A DNA stretch of 32,000 nt, taken from positions 990,001 through 1,022,000 of the forward strand of contig CP060222.1 of assembly GCA_023898425.1 (NCBI GenBank). Direction: 5' to 3'. This DNA comes from Candidatus Saccharimonadota bacterium (GTDB taxonomy: Bacteria; Patescibacteriota; Patescibacteriia; 2-12-FULL-60-25). The notes below the pieces were generated by a model. The model had not been told where the DNA came from. It did not search any database and saw only the letters and a list, made by a program, of their open reading frames with translations. Positions 25,414 to 32,000 of this stretch are shown in pieces (the first letter of the stretch is position 1; each line of letters opens with the position of its first letter). The position numbers and the translations under genes are program-made.

Positions 25414-26358
25414 ATGATTTTACTTTGGTCATGTGTCTTTTTTGTCTCGCTGGCTATTTTAGTAAAAGGCGCCGATTGGCTTATTGAAAGTGCCGAAAAA
25501 ATCGGTTTAGCTGCTGGGCTTTCTCCGTTTATCGTGGGCGTTACCATCGTTGGTATGGGGACGTCGTTTCCTGAGCTTATCTCGTCTTTTGCAGCGACGA
25601 TGCGAGGCGTGACAGATGTTGTTGTAGCAAATGCCATTGGTTCTAATATTGCGAATATTCTGCTTGTTCTTGGGCTCTCGGCTGTTATTGGTAAAAAACT
25701 TTCTGTAACAAAAAGCCTGATTGATTTAGATCTGCCTCTATTAGCGATGAGTGCCGTTTTATTATTGGGCGTTGTTTGGGATAAGCAGGTAACGTTTGGT
25801 GAAGCGATTATTCTGCTATGTTCTTATGGTATTTATCTTCTCTATACAACAAATCACACAGATCAAGAGAATGCCGTTAAGAAGGCTTTATCCCGTGCTG
25901 CACGACCAAAAGCTTCATTTAAAGACGTTATTTTACTTATTGTTGGTGTCGCCGCGCTCTCTTTAGGTGCTAAATATCTTGTAGACGCGCTTATTCAACT
26001 ATCGTCATTACTAAATATTGGAACTGGTGTTATTGCGATTACGGCAGTTGCTGTTGGTACCTCTTTGCCAGAATTGCTCGTTTCGGTAAAAGCAGCAATG
26101 CAAAAAAAATCTGAAGTTGCACTCGGTAATATCTTTGGTTCAAATATCTTTAACTCATTTGTTGTTGTGGGGTTACCGGCTCTCTATAAAACGCTCGAAG
26201 TCGACCCTCAAACCTATATGATTGGTTTGCCGGCGATGATGTTGGCAACACTTCTCTTTGTGATCTCTGGTATATCGCAGCAAATTTATCGATGGGAGGG
26301 AGGTCTATACCTCATGCTTTATATCCTCTTTACCGTGAAGCTCTTTAATTGGTTCTAA
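25414..26358 (+). CDS. Ca2+/Na+ antiporter (CaCA family, YrbG-like)
   Basis: Two alpha-repeat signatures, GMGTSFPELISS and GTSLPELLVS, in a polytopic 314-aa protein. Confidence 0.8.
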   Translation: MILLWSCVFFVSLAILVKGADWLIESAEKIGLAAGLSPFIVGVTIVGMGTSFPELISSFAATMRGVTDVVVANAIGSNIANILLVLGLSAVIGKKLSVTKSLIDLDLPLLAMSAVLLLGVVWDKQVTFGEAIILLCSYGIYLLYTTNHTDQENAVKKALSRAARPKASFKDVILLIVGVAALSLGAKYLVDALIQLSSLLNIGTGVIAITAVAVGTSLPELLVSVKAAMQKKSEVALGNIFGSNIFNSFVVVGLPALYKTLEVDPQTYMIGLPAMMLATLLFVISGISQQIYRWEGGLYLMLYILFTVKLFNWF

Positions 26359-26364
26359 TACGCT

Positions 26365-27036
26365 ATGAAATTTACCTTCTCTCCATCGGCAACAAGCGAA
26401 GATAAATCGCTTGCAGTAGAAAAACTCATTACGCATAGTACGCCTAGCTCAGATTTTTATGTCATGGTGATTTTGGCGATCGCGATGGCTACCATCGGTT
26501 TATTGTTAGACAGCGCCTCGATTATTATCGGAAGCATGCTAATCTCGCCCATGCTCTATGTCTTTTTAAGTCTTTCATTGGGCTTTAGTTTATCGGATAA
26601 AAAACTCATCAGAAGGTCTGCGATCTCGATTATTAAGGCAACGGTTGTAGGTATCATTATTTCAGCGTTGATCACCTTATTTGTGAGGGATGTGACAAAT
26701 ACGTCTGAGATCCTTGCTCGTACTAATCCTTCTCTCGCGTATGCAGCGGCGGCTTTTATTGCAGGATTCGCAGCGGCATTTACACTCACCAAACCTACGT
26801 TAAGTGAAACATTGCCTGGTGTTGCTATTGCTGTTTCTATCATCCCTCCGGTTGCTGTTTCTGGTATTGGGCTTGCGACGCTCCAGTGGTCATTATTTCG
26901 CGGATCTATTGTCCTCTTTATCATTAATATGGTATCTGTTTTTACTGGTAGCTTGGTTCTTTTTCTTTTATTGGATATTCATTCAAAAAAAGACGTTGCC
27001 CAACAAACGTTAAAAGAAGAAGATAAAAAGCTTTAG
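26365..27036 (+). CDS. DUF389 family membrane protein
   Basis: IIIGSMLISPMLYVFLSLSLG, ARTNPSLAYAAAAFIAGFAAAF and LPGVAIAVSIIPPVAVSGIGLA match the conserved DUF389 blocks as I remember them. Confidence 0.7.
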   Translation: MKFTFSPSATSEDKSLAVEKLITHSTPSSDFYVMVILAIAMATIGLLLDSASIIIGSMLISPMLYVFLSLSLGFSLSDKKLIRRSAISIIKATVVGIIISALITLFVRDVTNTSEILARTNPSLAYAAAAFIAGFAAAFTLTKPTLSETLPGVAIAVSIIPPVAVSGIGLATLQWSLFRGSIVLFIINMVSVFTGSLVLFLLLDIHSKKDVAQQTLKEEDKKL

Positions 27037-27047
27037 GAGATATTGTC

Positions 27048-27077
27048 AAAAATCACCCTATATTCTAGGGTGATTTT
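27048..27077 (+). terminator. Rho-independent terminator
   Basis: aaaaatcacccta/tagggtgatttt stem with loop tattc. Confidence 0.75.
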
Positions 27078-27108
27078 GATTTGGACTTTCGCAACTGTCG
27101 GAGGAATC

Positions 27109-27882
27109 ATGCGTCCATATATCGGAATTACGGATTTTACTACATCCGAGCAAGTTGATTTGTTGATGCGTTACTTTGAGGATTATCCAAACACGAAGCG
27201 AATGCTTCATGTTGGTGTCATGACAAGCTATAAACAGCTGCACGGATTACCAAGTAAATGGCAAAACGTGTTTCCGAAGCCATCGGAAATCGCGGATATT
27301 TTTCAACGAGACGATGTCTATAATTGTTTGCACTATGCTGACTATGATGGGCATCCAGGTCTACGACAAACGCTCGGCAAAGCCATCATTAGCGGTGGTC
27401 CAAAACTACATTCGTTGCAATTGGATATGATTTGGCCTGATCCAGATGCTATTCGAAGCGCGATCGAAGACACAGGTAATGTCACTGATGTGATCTTGCA
27501 AATCAATAAGTTTGCCATGGGGCAATGCCAGGAGCAGCCACATTTGGTTGCGAGGCGATTGAAAAGTTATCAAGGGATCGTCACGAGGGTTCTGCTTGAT
27601 AAGAGCATGGGCCGTGGCGCTGGGCTTGATGCAAGACTACTAACGACTTACGCTCGTGCTATTGTAGAAACCATTCCTGAGATTGGTCTTGGTGTCGCGG
27701 GAGGACTTGGTCCAAGCACTCTCTATCTCCTGGACCCGCTCATCAAAGCGTTTCCAAATATTAGTATCGACGCACAAAGTCGACTTCGACCGAGTGGTAG
27801 CGCGCTTGCTGAGCCTATCGACTGGGATATGGCTGGACTCTACCTCAAACGTAGCATCGAGTATTTCGCTGCAAATGCCTGA
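27109..27882 (+). CDS. TIM-barrel protein resembling phosphoribosylanthranilate isomerase (TrpF-like)
   Basis: I prefer ATG 27109 (RBS ggagga). Blocks YIGITDF, SLQLDM, VLLDKSMGRGAGLD, GVAGGLGPSTL and ISIDAQSRLR are reminiscent of TrpF blocks. This assignment comes from memory of the family, not from a search. Confidence 0.4.
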   Translation: MRPYIGITDFTTSEQVDLLMRYFEDYPNTKRMLHVGVMTSYKQLHGLPSKWQNVFPKPSEIADIFQRDDVYNCLHYADYDGHPGLRQTLGKAIISGGPKLHSLQLDMIWPDPDAIRSAIEDTGNVTDVILQINKFAMGQCQEQPHLVARRLKSYQGIVTRVLLDKSMGRGAGLDARLLTTYARAIVETIPEIGLGVAGGLGPSTLYLLDPLIKAFPNISIDAQSRLRPSGSALAEPIDWDMAGLYLKRSIEYFAANA

Positions 27883-27886
27883 TGAT

Positions 27887-27925
27887 ACCCCTACTTACGT
27901 AACGGTAAGTGGGGGTTATTTCTTT
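27887..27925 (+). terminator. Probable terminator
   Basis: acccctacttac/gtaagtgggggt stem (one bulge) followed by ttatttcttt. Confidence 0.55.
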
Positions 27926-27957
27926 ACAAAAAACCTAAAATGGAGTATTTATCAGCC

Positions 27958-28959
27958 ATGAAATACCAGGTGCTACTCTTCTATAAGTACGTCACTATTG
28001 CTGATCCGCAGGCTTTTGCTGAGTGGATACGTGAACGTGGCACAACGCTCGGTTTTAAGGGTAGAATTTTGGTTGCTGAAGAAGGGTTAAACGGTATTCT
28101 TGAAGGTGAGATATCTCAAACAGAGATCTTTGCGAAAGAACTTCTTGAGAACCCGTTATTTTCTGACATGAACATTAAGCGTAGCGAAGGCAATGGGGAG
28201 GCATTTCCTCGTTGGTCGGTGAAGGTGCGTCATGAAATCGTTGGTACACAGTTTTCTTATGATGAGGCAGATCCACGTGTTCGCACAGCGCCGCATCTTT
28301 CTCCAGAAAAGTTACGCGAGATGTATGAACGCGACGAAGATTTTATCGTGGTTGATATGCGTAACTCTTTTGAGATCGCCTCAGGTAAATTTAAGAAGAC
28401 GGTAGACCCTGGAATGGTCGCATCACGTGATTTAAAAGAAGCCGTCGTAAAGCTCGAAAAATATAAAGACAAAAAAGTCATCACCGTTTGTACGGGTGGC
28501 GTGCGTTGCGAAAAAATGTCAGCTTATCTTTTAAGTAAAGGCTTTAAGGATGTATATCAGCTAGAGAACGGTATCCATGCCTATATGGAAAAGTATCCGG
28601 GCAAAGATTTTATGGGCGCGCTTTATACCTTTGATGATCGTATCGTAATGGACTTTGGAGGAGATCGCGAAATCATTGGTGAATGTCATCTTTGTAAAGA
28701 AAAAACGGAGCGCTATATCAATTGTGCGAATGATGAATGTCACTTACATATTCTCGTTTGTGAGACTTGTTCGCCCGATCGTAAAAACGCGTATTGCTCA
28801 AAAAAGTGCAAAGCCCATAACGCGGCACTTGCACGTAAGGCAAAGCTCGATGCCTGGTTAGCACCAGCAAAAAAGCAACTTCAACGTTTACGTTATCGTG
28901 CTATCAAGCGTTATCACCGAGCCCTGTGGTTCATTCGTCGTTTGAAAAAATCCGCCTAG
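27958..28959 (+). CDS. trhO: Rhodanese-domain tRNA U34 hydroxylase family protein (UPF0176/TrhO)
   Basis: MKYQVLLFYKYVTIADPQAFAEW..., the rhodanese active site VCTGGVRCEK, and a Cys-rich C-terminal region. Confidence 0.8.
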   Translation: MKYQVLLFYKYVTIADPQAFAEWIRERGTTLGFKGRILVAEEGLNGILEGEISQTEIFAKELLENPLFSDMNIKRSEGNGEAFPRWSVKVRHEIVGTQFSYDEADPRVRTAPHLSPEKLREMYERDEDFIVVDMRNSFEIASGKFKKTVDPGMVASRDLKEAVVKLEKYKDKKVITVCTGGVRCEKMSAYLLSKGFKDVYQLENGIHAYMEKYPGKDFMGALYTFDDRIVMDFGGDREIIGECHLCKEKTERYINCANDECHLHILVCETCSPDRKNAYCSKKCKAHNAALARKAKLDAWLAPAKKQLQRLRYRAIKRYHRALWFIRRLKKSA

Positions 28960-28971
28960 GCGGATTTTTTG
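28945..28971 (+). terminator. Rho-independent terminator overlapping the trhO stop codon
   Basis: aaaaaatccgcc-ta-ggcggatttttt. Confidence 0.75.
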
Positions 28972-28992
28972 TTTGATTGCTATAGTGTGCTC

Positions 28993-30933
28993 ATGAAACA
29001 CGACCAGCATGTCATGCCAGCGCAACATGACCATCGCTCTACAGCAAAAGTAGCAAAACACGAGCTCTGGGTATCCGGATTGATATTTGTCTATGTAATG
29101 ACAGCAATGATATTGCCGATACCACTTTGGTCCGTTATTGTTTTGGGTTGGTATGTTGTCCTAAAAAGCGGCTGGACATTTCATATGCGCGCTATTCAGG
29201 CGATACAAAATAGACGGGCAAACATGGATGTTTTGGTATCGATGGCAACGTTATCAGCGATGATTTGGAGTACGACAGCCTTGTTTGTCCCGCAACCACA
29301 TTTTGTTGAGAGTGCCGCCGCTATTATCTTCTTTGTATTGCTTGGAATCTATTTAGAGGATCGTCAGCGTAGCAATGTTCGAGAAGCTGTAGGGCTTTTA
29401 TTTGCGCAACATCCCGTCTTGGCGCATCGTAAGCAAGATGATGGTAGTTGGTATGATCTTGCTGCGGCAAATTTACGAGTTGGTGATATTTGTTTAGTAA
29501 AAACAAGTGAGACGGTTCCACAAGATGGTGTTGTTATAAGTGGTCATTCGACGGTAGATGAATCAATGTTTACGGGCGAGTCACTACCTTCAGAAAAACA
29601 ACGAGGTGACACGGTATACGGAGGGACTATTAATAGCACCGGTTCATTTGAGATGGAGGTGAGTGCCGAAGCGGGGATGGGTGTTTTTGATCAAATGGTG
29701 CAAATTGTAGAAAAGGCACTGGCGAGCAAAGCCCCAATTGAGAAACTCGCAGATCGTATTAGCGCGGTATTCGTTCCTATTGTCATCGTTTTTGCTACCG
29801 TGACGTTAATTCTTTGGTTGTATGTTTCTAATGATTCTGCGATGGCAGTACGTAATGCCATTGCCGTACTTGTTATTGCTTGTCCATGTGCATTAGGTAT
29901 CGCTACGCCTGCTGCAGTACTTGTTGGTACCGGAGCTGGCGCTAAAAAAGGTATCTTTATTAAAGAAGGGTCTGCGCTCGAAGCGGCAAAAGATATTGAT
30001 CTTGTTCTTTTTGATAAAACAGGAACGTTAACCGAAGGTCATCCATCGGTGACAGATACTTTTGTGATAGATGGCCAATCAGAAAAGCTTGTATTATTGC
30101 TTGCAGCAAGTTTAGAGTCCCGTTCTGAACACCCACTCGGTGGTGCGATCATTGAATCGCAGAAGAACATGAATGAGCCCCTTCTATCAATTGAACAGTA
30201 TGAGGCAATACCAGGGCGTGGTCTCAAAGGTGAATATGAAGGTAAGACGTTGCTTGTAGGTAAAGAATCGTTAATCACGGATACTTCTATTGCTATTGAT
30301 GCTGGTTTCCAGAAAAAGACCGAGCAGGCAAGAGCGCTTGGTAAGACGGTTGTTTTTGTTGCGTATGATGGTGCGCTTATTGGCGCCATTGCGATCGCAG
30401 ACCGTATACGCGAGGATGCAAAGATCGCCGTTGAGCGCTTGCGGGCCATGGATATTGATGTGGCATTAGTGACGGGTGATCATGAGGCTTCTGCTCAAGC
30501 GGTAGCGGCACAGGTCGGTATCACACAAGTATTAGCAGATACATTGCCAACAAAAAAAGCTGAGGTGGTAACAAAACTTATTGAGAAGGGGCATCATGTC
30601 GCTTTTGTAGGGGATGGTGTGAATGATGCACCAGCCCTTGCTTCGGCAAATCTCGGTATTGCAATGGGGAGTGGTACCGATATCGCCAAAGCTGCCGGAC
30701 AAATGGTATTGATGGGAGGTTCACCTTCAAAGGCAGCGGATGCGATAATTCTTTCGCGTTTCACGTTTCAGACGATTAAACAAAATCTCTTCTGGGCTTT
30801 TGGTTATAATGTCGTCGGTCTCGGATTAGCTGCTTTTGGATATGTTCATCCGGCTGTTGCGGGGCTCGCAATGGCGCTTTCGAGCATTAGTGTATTGCTA
30901 AATAGCTTACGAGTGGCGAAGGCGCACCATTGA
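28993..30933 (+). CDS. copA: Cu(+)-type P1B ATPase without an N-terminal HMA domain
   Basis: I prefer ATG 28993 (MKHDQHVMPAQHDHRS, a His-rich N-terminus). Motifs: TGES, CPC (IACPCALGIATP), FDKTGTLT, VTGDH, GDGVNDAPAL, YN and MALSS. Confidence 0.85.
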   Translation: MKHDQHVMPAQHDHRSTAKVAKHELWVSGLIFVYVMTAMILPIPLWSVIVLGWYVVLKSGWTFHMRAIQAIQNRRANMDVLVSMATLSAMIWSTTALFVPQPHFVESAAAIIFFVLLGIYLEDRQRSNVREAVGLLFAQHPVLAHRKQDDGSWYDLAAANLRVGDICLVKTSETVPQDGVVISGHSTVDESMFTGESLPSEKQRGDTVYGGTINSTGSFEMEVSAEAGMGVFDQMVQIVEKALASKAPIEKLADRISAVFVPIVIVFATVTLILWLYVSNDSAMAVRNAIAVLVIACPCALGIATPAAVLVGTGAGAKKGIFIKEGSALEAAKDIDLVLFDKTGTLTEGHPSVTDTFVIDGQSEKLVLLLAASLESRSEHPLGGAIIESQKNMNEPLLSIEQYEAIPGRGLKGEYEGKTLLVGKESLITDTSIAIDAGFQKKTEQARALGKTVVFVAYDGALIGAIAIADRIREDAKIAVERLRAMDIDVALVTGDHEASAQAVAAQVGITQVLADTLPTKKAEVVTKLIEKGHHVAFVGDGVNDAPALASANLGIAMGSGTDIAKAAGQMVLMGGSPSKAADAIILSRFTFQTIKQNLFWAFGYNVVGLGLAAFGYVHPAVAGLAMALSSISVLLNSLRVAKAHH

Positions 30934-30975
30934 AAAAAGAAGAGGTCTGTGTTATGAACGCGCTGGAGGTGTCCA

Positions 30976-31545
30976 ATGGCAGACGTGTCCACTGAATGTT
31001 CAGAGGCGAAGAATGAAGATCGAGAGATCGATTTATCGCATAACCAAAAAAATCTCATATGGATGCTGTTTATCGGATATTACTTAACTGAGATAGCAGT
31101 TTTTGAGCTCTTGGTTTTACTGAGTGTTTTTTCATCCGATTTGCTCTTTCCTCTAAGCGCGCTCAGTGTTGTCGCTATAATTGCTTGGTGGATAATCCCT
31201 GGTCAAAATGGCTTTTTGGGACTATGGGACACGGGTATTGAATGTTGGACTACACTTTTTTGGCAACAGGTTGTTCTTTCAGCGCTTAGCGGGTGGCTAA
31301 GCCTCATTGCTTTGTTCCTTCTTCACCTGCCTTTTTTTGTGATGAATGAAGATGTTAGCATATCAGACACTTTCTTTCGAGAATGGTTGTACTCCAATTT
31401 TCACATCGTGCTAACTCTCGTTCTCCTCTGCGTCCTAAAATACAAAGGTCTGTTCTCAGAAAAAGCGAGCAGAGAATCTTTTGTATATTTTATGTTCATT
31501 TTTGGCTTCAGAACATTCTTCGTTCTAAGCAGAAGTCTCTTTTGA
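30976..31545 (+). CDS. Hypothetical polytopic membrane protein
   Basis: 189 aa with RBS ggaggtg and four or five hydrophobic helices. It lies 42 nt after copA with no terminator between them. Confidence 0.5.
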   Translation: MADVSTECSEAKNEDREIDLSHNQKNLIWMLFIGYYLTEIAVFELLVLLSVFSSDLLFPLSALSVVAIIAWWIIPGQNGFLGLWDTGIECWTTLFWQQVVLSALSGWLSLIALFLLHLPFFVMNEDVSISDTFFREWLYSNFHIVLTLVLLCVLKYKGLFSEKASRESFVYFMFIFGFRTFFVLSRSLF

Positions 31546-31590
31546 CAGACTCTACGCGATGAGGTATTTTCTGGTCTTAAACCAGGAGAT

Positions 31591-32000
31591 ATGTCATCGC
31601 TTTTTCAGATTAGTGAAAAACAGCACCTCGGTGCGTTATTTCTTACAAAACTCGCGTCTTTAGATGAGGGGGTCTATTTGCGTATTAGTGATGCTGCTAA
31701 AGAAATGAAGGCTTCTGAGTCGTATCTCGAAGAAGTGGCAGCCCTATTAAAAAAGGCTGAGCTTGTAAAAGCAAAAACTGGTCCTACCGGGGGATATCAG
31801 TTGGCAAAAATACCCGCAGAAATCACAACGCACGATATGGTGACAGCGCTCGAAGGCGAAGTTTCTCTCGTGCCTTGTCTTTCTCATCAAAAGGGATTGT
31901 GCGGAATGGAAGCAGGCTGCAAGAGTCGTTCGCTCTGGCATGGCTTACAAAAGAACATCGTTTCTTCGCTTCAATCAACGACGCTCGCTGACCTCATCAA
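31591..32000 (+). CDS. Rrf2-family transcriptional regulator (partial, runs off the right edge)
   Basis: Absent from the ORF track. RBS aggaga plus ATG 31591 gives MSSLFQISEKQHLGALFLTKLASLDEGVYLRISDAAKEMKASESYLEEVAALLKKAELVKAKTGPTGGYQLAKIPAEIT...SLVPCLSHQKGLCGMEAGCKSRSLW, a Cys triad typical of the cluster-binding Rrf2 group. Confidence 0.75.
   Translation, partial: MSSLFQISEKQHLGALFLTKLASLDEGVYLRISDAAKEMKASESYLEEVAALLKKAELVKAKTGPTGGYQLAKIPAEITTHDMVTALEGEVSLVPCLSHQKGLCGMEAGCKSRSLWHGLQKNIVSSLQSTTLADLI

Noticed and set aside
1-32000. CRISPR arrays, rRNA genes, transposase-type IS elements
   Set aside because: I saw no regularly spaced short direct repeats. I also saw no rRNA-like conserved blocks and no DDE or IS200-type transposase ORFs. 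The only repeats found are the 139-bp direct pair and the 206-bp inverted pair.

Overview
The backbone is low-GC and gene-dense, and looks like a small-genome bacterium. I infer a CPR/Patescibacteria-like lineage from gene content only; no marker gene is present. Two GC-rich blocks (1-700 and about 7450-12720) and one integrated element interrupt it. Left to right: a secreted FAD oxidase (partial, absent from the ORF track), galU, and a lipoprotein solute-binding protein. Next come six tandem signal-peptide proteins that share a VirB2/TrbC-type 'T4SS pilin' two-helix module, three of them fused to large cysteine-rich ectodomains. The GC-rich island follows, with mirrored consensus divergent promoters, two secreted Cys-rich proteins, a LysM protein and a polytopic-membrane/lytic-transglycosylase fusion. 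After it lie envelope genes (GT-C-like protein, O-antigen-ligase-like protein), an HxlR/nitroreductase pair, a NUDIX gene and tRNA-Ser(UGA). About 6.1 kb is inserted directly after the tRNA, flanked by 139-bp direct repeats. It carries a large serine recombinase, a controller-HTH/C5-methyltransferase/PD-ExK endonuclease/Vsr module and RadC, and the cargo is bracketed by about 206-bp inverted repeats. The window ends with tspO, a C39-like peptidase, a CaCA antiporter, DUF389, a TrpF-like protein, trhO, copA, a membrane protein and an Rrf2 regulator (partial). Many accessory-region genes are frameshifted, often at homopolymers, so either real decay or indel errors could explain them. The best candidate for something new is the pilin-module array together with the adjacent cell-wall-active GC-rich island. 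No VirB4/VirD4-type ATPase is present in this window.
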